A stretch of 64,000 nucleotides of DNA, taken from sequence record MZ443769.1; one strand, written 5' to 3'. Position numbers and translations under genes: made by a program. Every line of letters starts with the position of its first letter. The first letter of the stretch is position 1. The notes below the pieces were generated by a model. That model did not search any database. It saw nothing but the letters and a program-made list of their open reading frames with translations, and had not been told where the DNA came from. This document shows positions 45,188 to 53,745 of this stretch, piece after piece.

Positions 45188-45865
45188 ATGTTAGTTATCA
45201 TCAACAATCGTACCGACGAGGTAATGAACCGCCTGAACGTAGCAGTATGGGTTTGTGTGGCATTCGCGTTTGCTCTTTTAATAGCGTTACGCATTTCGCC
45301 ATCATTCGCCAGTATGTCTACAGGCATCGAGAAACCAATTGATGTTTCGTCCGCAGTGTCGCTTGATGCCTCCCATCGAGTGGCTAAACAATACAAGGAG
45401 ATGGCTGCATCTGAGCAACAAGAAGAACGAAGGCGAGAGAAATCCCTGACGAAAGAACGCCTTCAACAATTGTATGCACACCTGCCGCACCCGTCAGACC
45501 TAGGCAAGCAAATTGATTTGGCCGCAGCAAAGTATGGAGTAGACGCAAAACTCGTCCTCTCTATCTGCGTGTCCGAGTCGCATCTTCGTGCTAAAGTCAG
45601 AAACAAATCTGGTGCTACTGGCTTATGTCAGATAATGCCAAAGATGCACGGGCGTAGTTCACGCGAGTTACTTGATTACCGTGTTAACGTTGATCTTGCA
45701 GCACGTATCGTTTCAGATCTTACCAAGCAATGCAAAGGCCGTCGTGCCTGTGTGATTCAATCTTACAACACTGGCTGGGGAGCATACCTGAAGGGTGCGC
45801 GAGCGCCACAATACTTAGCTAAAGTACAGACCGAGTATCGCCGCAAGCATACTCCTTCTTCCTGA
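45188..45865 (+). CDS. lytic transglycosylase (SLT domain) with N-terminal membrane anchor
   Basis: AAAKYGVD...VSES catalytic Glu, SGATGLCQIMP, SYNTG, YLAKV; hydrophobic N-terminus. Confidence 0.85.
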   Translation: MLVIINNRTDEVMNRLNVAVWVCVAFAFALLIALRISPSFASMSTGIEKPIDVSSAVSLDASHRVAKQYKEMAASEQQEERRREKSLTKERLQQLYAHLPHPSDLGKQIDLAAAKYGVDAKLVLSICVSESHLRAKVRNKSGATGLCQIMPKMHGRSSRELLDYRVNVDLAARIVSDLTKQCKGRRACVIQSYNTGWGAYLKGARAPQYLAKVQTEYRRKHTPSS

Positions 45866-45879
45866 GAGGATATAATACA

Positions 45880-46554
45880 ATGAATATTCAATTCGCAGAC
45901 CTGTGTAAGTTGCAGCGGGAAATATTAAAGCCGTTATCTCCGAATCAAGAGTTCGCTCTGGTTCAGTTGCTCGTTGACGAAGACTGTGCTGATGAAGTTG
46001 CTGGCATCATTGAAGTGATGTTGAAAGAGCATGACCACACAGAACGTCTGTATAGTGCTTGGTTGGAATCGTCTAAGCACACAAACGTTGTCCCGCTGAT
46101 CGTTCCTGTTATTGACAGTGAAAACATCATGCGTGACATTCTCAACCGCGATAATAGCACTCTCGGTCTGGCGGACAGCTTGCGCCACGTTCTTGATGAA
46201 GCACACATCCGCATGTTGCGTACTGCTGAATCTCAAACAGAACTGCTGTCTGTATCAACTACTGGTCCTGCACTGACTGTTGATTATGTTGTTGGCTGTA
46301 TGCTCGACGCTCTTAATGAAAGTCTGATGCCTATTGCAGTACGCCCTACTCAGGAACAACGTGCTTCGCGTAAAGAGAACCTGCTGTCATTCAGCAAACT
46401 CAAAGCACTCGACCTGTTCTCTGGCACACTCGATTATAGCCGCGCACTCCGCCCTACTCCTGAACATCGTCAGGAACGTATGCAGATTGCCGCTTCAATC
46501 GCACACAGTGCTGGTAAATCAAACGAAGATTATTCCTTCGTGTTTGAACGCTAA
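45880..46554 (+). CDS. hypothetical protein (224 aa)
   Basis: GAGGA SD. Confidence 0.75.
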   Translation: MNIQFADLCKLQREILKPLSPNQEFALVQLLVDEDCADEVAGIIEVMLKEHDHTERLYSAWLESSKHTNVVPLIVPVIDSENIMRDILNRDNSTLGLADSLRHVLDEAHIRMLRTAESQTELLSVSTTGPALTVDYVVGCMLDALNESLMPIAVRPTQEQRASRKENLLSFSKLKALDLFSGTLDYSRALRPTPEHRQERMQIAASIAHSAGKSNEDYSFVFER

Positions 46555-46563
46555 GTAAAACTC

Positions 46564-46594
46564 AACGGGAGACCTTAACTGGTTTCCCGTTTTT
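46564..46594 (+). terminator. rho-independent terminator
   Basis: AACGGGAGACC/GGTTTCCCGTT stem then TTT. Confidence 0.75.
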
Positions 46595-46625
46595 CATTCT
46601 TGTACGAATTTTTGAGATCAACCAA

Positions 46626-47567
46626 ATGACTAAAATGGTTACTATGCCGTGGGCAACTTCTGAGCAACGCAATGACTTTTTCTCTACGCAAGTACGGCAG
46701 TTAGACTTACATCCTGTGTGGAGCTATGTCGAAGTGCAAAACAATCCTCAGTGGAAAGGTGACCCGCTGCTTCACCACATGCACTATCATTCGACAGAGC
46801 ACATGAAGCAGGTAACTGCACTTGCATTGTGGATGCTGACAGAAGAAATGCAGTACGCATGGCAGTATGAAAACGGTGCGCTGCCGCTGGCCGTCGCGTG
46901 TATGTTCCACGATATGCACCACTCACTTGGTCGTCTTAATGATTCAGGCAATATTCTCATTGCCAAAGATGCTTTCAAAAAGTATCTGACCTTCTGTACA
47001 GACCAACGTATTATTGATCAGCAAGAAATCATTCTTGAACTGATTGGCATTACCGAATTCCCTTACATGAAGAACAGACAGCCGAAGAATCTGATTGAGC
47101 GCTGTATTCGTGATGCAGATATTCTCTACGGTATGCAGGATGACGCAATGGACGTAGTGCTATTTGCTCTGCGTCGTGAAGTGAATCGCAGCGTCAATAC
47201 TAATACGCGCTACAACCAAGAACAGTGGGCTACAGGCCGTGTTGACTTCCTCATGTCCGTTGAGATGTACACACCTACTGCGAATGCAATCATGGCCTGG
47301 GCATTAGCTGAGGATAACGATCACAACCATCAATCTAAGATTGATAGCTGGGCGAAAGAGAATGTATACTTCCGTGATACGACTGCACACCAGCTAAAAG
47401 CTAATGACGTGTTGTTCATTGATACGCAGGAAGACAGTACTCCGAAACGCCGTCTGATCGAAAGTGTTGAGACAGTTCATCCATACCTGAACATATACTT
47501 CCACGACGGCTCTGCTATCTCGCTGCGTGATGGAGAGAGCTGCGTGGTATGCGAAAGACGCAAATAA
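46626..47567 (+). CDS. HD-superfamily phosphohydrolase
   Basis: YHSTEH, MFHDMHH and IRDADI motifs. Confidence 0.8.
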   Translation: MTKMVTMPWATSEQRNDFFSTQVRQLDLHPVWSYVEVQNNPQWKGDPLLHHMHYHSTEHMKQVTALALWMLTEEMQYAWQYENGALPLAVACMFHDMHHSLGRLNDSGNILIAKDAFKKYLTFCTDQRIIDQQEIILELIGITEFPYMKNRQPKNLIERCIRDADILYGMQDDAMDVVLFALRREVNRSVNTNTRYNQEQWATGRVDFLMSVEMYTPTANAIMAWALAEDNDHNHQSKIDSWAKENVYFRDTTAHQLKANDVLFIDTQEDSTPKRRLIESVETVHPYLNIYFHDGSAISLRDGESCVVCERRK

Positions 47568-47612
47568 TAGGCTGAAATAGAGGTTCAGCAAACACCTCAT
47601 ATGTGATATAAT
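47563..47612 (+). promoter_or_regulatory. early promoter
   Basis: AATAGGCTGAAATAG-26 nt-TATAAT with extended TG. Confidence 0.75.
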
Positions 47613-47641
47613 AATCAGACACACATAAAGAGAGAAATAGA

Positions 47642-48334
47642 ATGAGAACTTTAAAACGAATCAACATCGGCTCAGATACTAACTTTTTTGCGCTTAACGC
47701 AATCGTCGTACCTGTCGCTGCAATCTACATGGACGTCACTATGACGGAGTCAGGCAAAGAACTGAAACTACCTGTACGTGTTGACCCGAACGTATCTCCT
47801 GAATCCATGTCGATATTTGTTGAATACAAACTGGATATTCCTGTGCTTGCCTGTCATCCGATATCTGATACCGAGTTCTATACCGAGATCGGATTTACGT
47901 CAGTTAATGCTCGTCGTTTTAATCTTGAACACAGACGTGTCTCGCCTATCGCTTACATGGGAATGCTGCCTGACGTTACCGAATCTGATGTTGGGGATAA
48001 ACGATACGTTGCGCCTTTATCAGTTTATCAACTTCCTGAACGTACAGACATTCCTAAACCATTTTCAAAGGTCCGCAGATACGGCGCTGTATTGCGTACT
48101 GATTATTTGCACACACCACTTCTTGATGCTATTGATGACGAAACGTGGGCCGCTCGTTTGCTGGAGCCAACAGGTATGATGTGGTCTGAATTTCTCGAAG
48201 GTGCGACAAACGGTAGATTCACACCAGCCGATGATTTGTCTGAATGCTTCGGCGATCTGGATGCGGAGTTTGTACCTGAGTCTGACCTAAAGTATCTTGT
48301 AGGTCTTAAAGTTAAAAATCGAATGAAGGACTAA
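47642..48334 (+). CDS. hypothetical protein (230 aa)
   Basis: ORF track. Confidence 0.75.
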   Translation: MRTLKRINIGSDTNFFALNAIVVPVAAIYMDVTMTESGKELKLPVRVDPNVSPESMSIFVEYKLDIPVLACHPISDTEFYTEIGFTSVNARRFNLEHRRVSPIAYMGMLPDVTESDVGDKRYVAPLSVYQLPERTDIPKPFSKVRRYGAVLRTDYLHTPLLDAIDDETWAARLLEPTGMMWSEFLEGATNGRFTPADDLSECFGDLDAEFVPESDLKYLVGLKVKNRMKD

Positions 48335-48336
48335 TC

Positions 48337-48555
48337 ATGATGCACGATTTGTATAAGGTAAGTGCTATCCTGTTCTACGCGCTAGGTGCTATGGCATTCC
48401 TTGCACATATCGTAGGCTTCATGAAGAACTGGATGAAGATAAAAGAGATGCGCCAGAAGAGTCGTGACAAGCTGAAAAAATCAGTAACGCCTATGGCAGC
48501 AATTCGTCGTCGTCTTAAACAAGCAAAGCGCGATACACTGCGCAATAAGAGGTAA
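48337..48555 (+). CDS. small membrane protein with basic tail
   Basis: GAAGGA SD; one TM segment. Confidence 0.65.
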   Translation: MMHDLYKVSAILFYALGAMAFLAHIVGFMKNWMKIKEMRQKSRDKLKKSVTPMAAIRRRLKQAKRDTLRNKR

Positions 48556-48559
48556 TGCT

Positions 48560-48892
48560 ATGACAACCAAACAACGTAACAGTCAGTATATCCGAAGTCG
48601 TGTGATGTTAGCCCTCGATGCAATGTTCGCACGTAAGCAAGAGCAGAACCTCGCTGATGATACAGCGTTCTCCGTGTTACAGACAGACCTACTTCCTGTT
48701 GGGGAAATGATGTTCAGAGATGCCTCAATGATTGAGCGGTGTCTGCAAAGTCCACACTTCGTTAATCTCTACGGCGCGTATACAATCACTCCTGCGCGTA
48801 ATCAAAAAGACGAGCGCGTTGTTGTTTTCGTTCGTGTGCCTGATATTGATGACGTAGTGCAAGTGGAGGTACTGAACGATGGAACAAATTGA
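48560..48892 (+). CDS. hypothetical protein (110 aa)
   Basis: GAGGT SD. Confidence 0.7.
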   Translation: MTTKQRNSQYIRSRVMLALDAMFARKQEQNLADDTAFSVLQTDLLPVGEMMFRDASMIERCLQSPHFVNLYGAYTITPARNQKDERVVVFVRVPDIDDVVQVEVLNDGTN

Positions 48893-49421
48893 TATGTTCG
48901 CTTTCGGAGAAGCGCAATCCGTGACACGATTCTCTGAGTACCACAACCCTGCTATTTCTGATGATGATCGTGCGAGGACTTGGCGTAAAGCACAAGCAGC
49001 CTTTGGTGCTGGACCTGCTGGCAGCCCTATTCGTGTTGAAACTCTGCACAAACAAGTTGGCCGTGTACATGAATTCGTTATCGTTCCAAGCGAGTTCTTC
49101 CGTGCAAAGATTGCACAGAACATGGGTGAGCCTCGTGATGCAGATGACCAGACCTACTTAACTAACCTGTATACGCATACAGAAACAGTTGGTGCGTTTG
49201 TCCGCGACTTTCTTGAGTACGAACAAGACATGGGCCTCGTAGGCTGTATGCCGTTATTCACGGCTGCTACGATATATGAAATCCGTCTCGTCATGTTCTG
49301 GCATTTGAATAAACTTGAAACAGTAGACGACTGGACTGCATGGGTAAAAGCAGTTAGCGACTACATCGATCAAGAGAAGTGTTTCGAAATCCACAGTTCG
49401 ACTGAACTCTATTCCAAATAA
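48879..49421 (+). CDS. hypothetical protein (180 aa)
   Basis: GGAGGT SD. Confidence 0.75.
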   Translation: MEQIDMFAFGEAQSVTRFSEYHNPAISDDDRARTWRKAQAAFGAGPAGSPIRVETLHKQVGRVHEFVIVPSEFFRAKIAQNMGEPRDADDQTYLTNLYTHTETVGAFVRDFLEYEQDMGLVGCMPLFTAATIYEIRLVMFWHLNKLETVDDWTAWVKAVSDYIDQEKCFEIHSSTELYSK

Positions 49422-49458
49422 GCCGTAATGCTCACGGGCATTATACAGGAGATACAAA

Positions 49459-50757
49459 ATGTTATTCGATATCCGTAAGAACTTACTCATGGTTCGTGTT
49501 GTTATGGGCGGCCAGCCTGTATACAACTTCTACAATGCGTGTGGTCGTGAGTATCAACTCACTGGCCTAGTGTGGAAAGAAATTGTAGAGCGTCAGTTCT
49601 CTGGTAGTCTGAACGTACAAACTGCGTGGGGTCAAAGCGTCCGCATTGATCGTCAGACTTTCATCTTCGACGAATCGGGTGACATGTTGATTCGCCTGTA
49701 TGTAGGTCCGTACGGTTCAATTGATGTACCTGTCGCTGATGTGACTAACGGCAATTCTATCTTCAACGTGATTGACGGTGTGTGCATTGAAGACTCAATG
49801 CGTGGTGATATCCGCGCCCACCTGCGGGCAACAAACAGACCTGTTGAAAACATTGTCTGGTATCATGATATGTCTGATACTGAGCTGCGTATTGTGCTCA
49901 AGAGCTTCGGGCAAGGTCCGATGCGTATCGACAAAGCTGACACAGAAGGTCTGCATAAGATCTGGGAAACGTTTATCGAACGCCACGATGACGTGTACAA
50001 ATACACGCACAGAGCAATCGGTATTGAAGACGATGAAAAAATTCCTGCTGATCTGCGTCCAGAAAATCTGCGTCCGATTTCAAAACGTGCTATGGCTCCG
50101 AATAAAACCGTTGAGCTGATGAACGTTGCTCTATTTGACATACTCAAAGTCATGGCCATTATTCCTGTAGATGCGGAGAATGGACTTGATCGCCAGCAGT
50201 TGCATGACATTGTTTTCGAGTGGTACAAGTCGCTTGAAGATGATCGCCTGCCTACGTACTTGAGAAACCCTCAGTTCACTGTCAATTTCATCTACGGTAT
50301 GTTGCCCGACTATGATTGGAAAACAATCAATGACGAGACAGAAGACTATCAACAATCTCTCGTCCGCGCTGCGCTTATCGAGCTGGAAAAAGAATTCGAA
50401 TTAAATCCACGCCCAGAATTGAAGCAGACTGGTGCGTGTAAGCTTCCTGAGCTGAGGCTTCTCTCTGATGTGAAGTGGGCTATAGTGCGCCGCGTCTTAC
50501 GCACTATTGAGACACGTTGTGCTTTGGGTCATGACGTACTTCGTATCGGCATCCCAGACGTTCTCAAACTTCTTGCGCAAGATGCTGTATTGTCCTCGCT
50601 GCACAAAAGCCAGCTTGTGACTCTTGCTAGTGCTTTAAGCCACTTTGAAGCAGCAAAACAAAATACAGAATACCTGAAAGAACTAATTACATATGCGGCG
50701 CTGAACATAGAACGTCTTTCAGATGAAGCCGAAGAAGAGGAAGAAGAAGACGAGTAA
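49459..50757 (+). CDS. hypothetical protein (432 aa), acidic tail
   Basis: AGGAG SD. Confidence 0.8.
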   Translation: MLFDIRKNLLMVRVVMGGQPVYNFYNACGREYQLTGLVWKEIVERQFSGSLNVQTAWGQSVRIDRQTFIFDESGDMLIRLYVGPYGSIDVPVADVTNGNSIFNVIDGVCIEDSMRGDIRAHLRATNRPVENIVWYHDMSDTELRIVLKSFGQGPMRIDKADTEGLHKIWETFIERHDDVYKYTHRAIGIEDDEKIPADLRPENLRPISKRAMAPNKTVELMNVALFDILKVMAIIPVDAENGLDRQQLHDIVFEWYKSLEDDRLPTYLRNPQFTVNFIYGMLPDYDWKTINDETEDYQQSLVRAALIELEKEFELNPRPELKQTGACKLPELRLLSDVKWAIVRRVLRTIETRCALGHDVLRIGIPDVLKLLAQDAVLSSLHKSQLVTLASALSHFEAAKQNTEYLKELITYAALNIERLSDEAEEEEEEDE

Positions 50758-50806
50758 GCTTCTTCCGATTCACACTCAATCATACCTAACATTGTAGGGA
50801 ACAAAA

Positions 50807-51238
50807 ATGGTACAGTTTAATAAAAAGATTCTTGTAGTTGACCGCGTGTCTCTCGTAATGAATGACGAAACTATTGCTGCGTGGGGAATAGCTGCTGGTG
50901 CTGATCGTGAAGGCGCAGCGACTAACACTGCCCTGATACTCGGTAAGCTGCAACGTGATATCGCTTGTTCGCTTTATACGAACCATCCAGAAGCTGCGCT
51001 GCGTGGAGAAATTCTCTGGACCTCTTACGGTAGCGTGTCACTGCAAGGTCTGTTCGTCATTGCGTCTAATGCTGACAATGAACTCCTCAACTCTATCGAA
51101 GATCAGGATTACCTGTGCCATCTTCGTAGCATTCAGGAAGTTGCCACTGCCTCTGGTTTTAACGTCAACATCCAGCGCGTTCAAACGTCATTCCCGATCA
51201 ACACAATCGAAGTACCTGCGTCTCTCTTAAACTCCTGA
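50807..51238 (+). CDS. hypothetical protein (143 aa)
   Basis: AGGGA SD. Confidence 0.75.
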   Translation: MVQFNKKILVVDRVSLVMNDETIAAWGIAAGADREGAATNTALILGKLQRDIACSLYTNHPEAALRGEILWTSYGSVSLQGLFVIASNADNELLNSIEDQDYLCHLRSIQEVATASGFNVNIQRVQTSFPINTIEVPASLLNS

Positions 51239-51247
51239 GGTGATATC

Positions 51248-51547
51248 ATGACAACAAAGACAATGACAGTACCGAATGCTGTAATCGTTTGCGCCATGCG
51301 TGAGTCTAGTTCTTTCATGGGTCAGAAAGCAGACGGCTGGGTTTATCTGCCAAGCAAAGAAGCGCTCGAACAATTCAAGAAACACATTGAACAACACAAG
51401 CGCATTGAGGAGTACAGCTACATTGTGAGCATAGACCTCAAAGTAATCAATGAAGCGGGTATGCTGCAACTCGCGGACTGCATCAACGACGAAGATGATC
51501 GCCCGTGGCTGTGGTCGAATGATGACTTCTCTGTCAAGCTGTGGTAG
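51248..51547 (+). CDS. hypothetical protein (99 aa)
   Basis: GAGGTG SD. Confidence 0.75.
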   Translation: MTTKTMTVPNAVIVCAMRESSSFMGQKADGWVYLPSKEALEQFKKHIEQHKRIEEYSYIVSIDLKVINEAGMLQLADCINDEDDRPWLWSNDDFSVKLW

Positions 51548-51555
51548 CTATCAAG

Positions 51556-51611
51556 TCTGCACAAAATAGGCTGAAATAGCGGTATCAATAAAAGCCTCAA
51601 TATGATACAAT
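51556..51611 (+). promoter_or_regulatory. early promoter (upstream element + extended -10)
   Basis: TCTGCACAAAATAGGCTGAAATAG-26 nt-TACAAT with TG. Confidence 0.75.
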
Positions 51612-51645
51612 AGAAGCGTAGCAGATGCTGCGCTTTTTACTTTAT

Positions 51646-51659
51646 AGTCTGAGGAGACT
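51646..51659 (+). promoter_or_regulatory. RBS hairpin with GAGG loop
   Basis: AGTCT-GAGG-AGACT. Confidence 0.65.
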
Positions 51660-51663
51660 CGTT

Positions 51664-52128
51664 ATGTTAGAACCAATCAAATTCAATCAGTCTGAAATCG
51701 ATCTGCAAGACGCAATCATGGAAGTAGCTGTGAGCAACGTTATCAAGCTGACACCTAACTGGACTGATATTTGTCTTGCTGCTGCCCGCCTGTATCTGAC
51801 AACCTGCGATATGCTTAACGGAACAATTCCTGAAATCCGTTTCATTCATAACGGAAAGTCTACTCGCCTTGAGTACCGTCTCAAAGAAGTTGAAGGTACC
51901 GAAGAGTTTGAAGCTGACGCTGCGGACATTGAAAAGCAGAAAGCAATTCTCGACGCGATGTTTGACACTGCTGAGAAATCAGAAGACGGATTCAGTTACG
52001 GCGACTTGCTGATCTGTTCGGGTCGTTTGTTTATGATTGGTTATGACGGTCTTGCTGGAACCAAAGACGTTCTGAAATTCCGTCACAACAAAAAGAACTT
52101 CACTATGCACCTTGTTGAGGCCAAATAA
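51664..52128 (+). CDS. hypothetical protein
   Basis: GAGGAG SD before ATG 51664. Confidence 0.75.
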   Translation: MLEPIKFNQSEIDLQDAIMEVAVSNVIKLTPNWTDICLAAARLYLTTCDMLNGTIPEIRFIHNGKSTRLEYRLKEVEGTEEFEADAADIEKQKAILDAMFDTAEKSEDGFSYGDLLICSGRLFMIGYDGLAGTKDVLKFRHNKKNFTMHLVEAK

Positions 52129-52761
52129 ATGGAAACCTATTTCGTACTCAAACGTCACATGCGCGATAGCCGCAGCCTTGCATTCTTCCACGACGATAAG
52201 TGTCTGGCGATGTTCTCAACACGCTTGATGCAACGTGTTCAAGAAATTCTTGAGCTGCCTACAGTTATGTCCACAATCGTTTGGGCAGACGACAAAGAAA
52301 CGCACAACCGTCTGCTGATCGTTGACCGCTCATTCATAACACGCGACAACGAAATGCGCACTAACTTTGAACTGTCGATGATCACTTCGCCTGCTGGCCG
52401 TCCTGATTATTCGATACCTGTTGATGTGTGTCGTATGCACGACGGCATCACACCGTACATCAAAGAGATTCGCATTGAACAGGCGATTGCTCAATTCATG
52501 CTGAAAGAGATTCAAACTCTGCTGCTGTCTGAACCTAAAGAAGACGACGAAGACATGTATGAGTCTCTTTTAGACGGCGACGAAGTATCGGACATAGAAT
52601 TCTCTCCTGAGTTCCTGCGTCAGGAAATTGCCGACGGCTATCGCACAGAAGACTACATGCTTCGCCTGAGCATTGAAGACGTATTGGAGATACACGACAA
52701 AGAAGTCGGAGTATTCATGCCAGAGCACGAAGAACAAGACCAAACACCTTTCTATTATTAA
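52129..52761 (+). CDS. acidic hypothetical protein (210 aa)
   Basis: Abuts the upstream stop. Confidence 0.75.
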   Translation: METYFVLKRHMRDSRSLAFFHDDKCLAMFSTRLMQRVQEILELPTVMSTIVWADDKETHNRLLIVDRSFITRDNEMRTNFELSMITSPAGRPDYSIPVDVCRMHDGITPYIKEIRIEQAIAQFMLKEIQTLLLSEPKEDDEDMYESLLDGDEVSDIEFSPEFLRQEIADGYRTEDYMLRLSIEDVLEIHDKEVGVFMPEHEEQDQTPFYY

Positions 52762-52772
52762 GGCAGTACAGA

Positions 52773-52964
52773 ATGAAAACAACAAGTGACCTTGTCAAAG
52801 AACTCAAACAACATGGCGTCTTGATTATTGAAGACCACATGAAACACACTCTGCCTGATTTAACTTTCACGCTTGATTGTATGTGTATCACTTATTCGAA
52901 GCGTGAAATTGAAAGTACCAAACTAGGCCGTGTTGTTCGTATTCGAATGATGGCAACACACTAA
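52773..52964 (+). CDS. hypothetical protein (63 aa)
   Basis: TAAGG SD. Confidence 0.6.
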   Translation: MKTTSDLVKELKQHGVLIIEDHMKHTLPDLTFTLDCMCITYSKREIESTKLGRVVRIRMMATH

Positions 52965-52976
52965 TACATGCGGTTT

Positions 52977-53034
52977 GCCTGACGTGCCTCACACTCAACC
53001 ACGCATTTGCGGGTGGCATAGTCGGGCTCTTTTT
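52977..53034 (+). terminator. long hairpin/terminator
   Basis: GCCTGAC/GTCGGGC outer stem with inner stems, then TCTTTTT. Confidence 0.55.
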
Positions 53035-53074
53035 GAAATGTGTTTGTTTGACGCGCATTACATAAAGATAAACC

Positions 53075-53088
53075 AACAGGAGGCTGTT
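53075..53088 (+). promoter_or_regulatory. RBS hairpin with GAGG loop
   Basis: AACAG-GAGG-CTGTT. Confidence 0.6.
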
Positions 53089-53427
53089 ATGAACAGATTT
53101 ACCGCAGTATCGAAAGACGCACAAATCGTTTTGCTGAGTTGCGCTCTCGCAGGCACGCTGAACATTCTAGGCAGAGAACATCAAGACGGCGGAAAGCAGG
53201 TATTCGAATTCACGCTTGCTAAAATTGGCCTCGCACCAGACGAGTTCAAATTCATTCTTGATCAAATGTCGTCTGATGTGGAAGAGGAAGTCAGATCTGT
53301 TACTGGTCTGCCTGACGAAGACGAAGACACCGCGTCTGATTTAGACACTATGGAAGACAGCCCGAACAAAGGCGAATACGATACAAGCCGCATGAACAAA
53401 GATGGCTGGGAAGATTTAGACCGCTAA
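53089..53427 (+). CDS. acidic hypothetical protein
   Basis: AGGAGG SD before ATG 53089. Confidence 0.75.
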   Translation: MNRFTAVSKDAQIVLLSCALAGTLNILGREHQDGGKQVFEFTLAKIGLAPDEFKFILDQMSSDVEEEVRSVTGLPDEDEDTASDLDTMEDSPNKGEYDTSRMNKDGWEDLDR

Positions 53428-53434
53428 TGTGAAG

Positions 53435-53490
53435 TCTGCATAAAACAGGCTAAAATAGAGGTTGAGACATATATCAACACCTGTTATACT
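53435..53490 (+). promoter_or_regulatory. early promoter (upstream element, -35, extended -10)
   Basis: TCTGCATAAAACAGGCTAAAATAG, TTGAGA-17-TATACT with TG. Confidence 0.8.
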
Positions 53491-53498
53491 TATTAGAC

Positions 53499-53619
53499 AG
53501 CGAGACATATATGTGTTGCTGAGTTCGATTGATAGCTTTTAGCTGTATGTGAACTTTTCCCCCGCATACAGCTCTTTTTAAAGTGACTTGATTGAGGTTG
53601 CTTTAAAAAGACCAGCTAT
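53499..53619 (+). ncRNA. candidate sRNA / structured leader
   Basis: Three hairpins between two tandem promoters; no ORF. Confidence 0.4.
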
Positions 53620-53643
53620 TTGATGTATGCAAAAAGTTGGACG

Positions 53644-53680
53644 AAATAGCGGTTGTGCAAAATGCTCTGCCTGCTATACT
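53644..53680 (+). promoter_or_regulatory. early promoter
   Basis: AAATAG, TTGTGC-16-TATACT with TG. Confidence 0.7.
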
Positions 53681-53725
53681 TATATCTCTAGCGCAATATC
53701 GCGCACAACGTAGTATCTCATATAC

Positions 53726-53741
53726 AATACTGAGGAGTATT
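53726..53741 (+). promoter_or_regulatory. RBS hairpin with GAGG loop
   Basis: AATACT-GAGG-AGTATT. Confidence 0.7.
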
Positions 53742-53745
53742 AATC

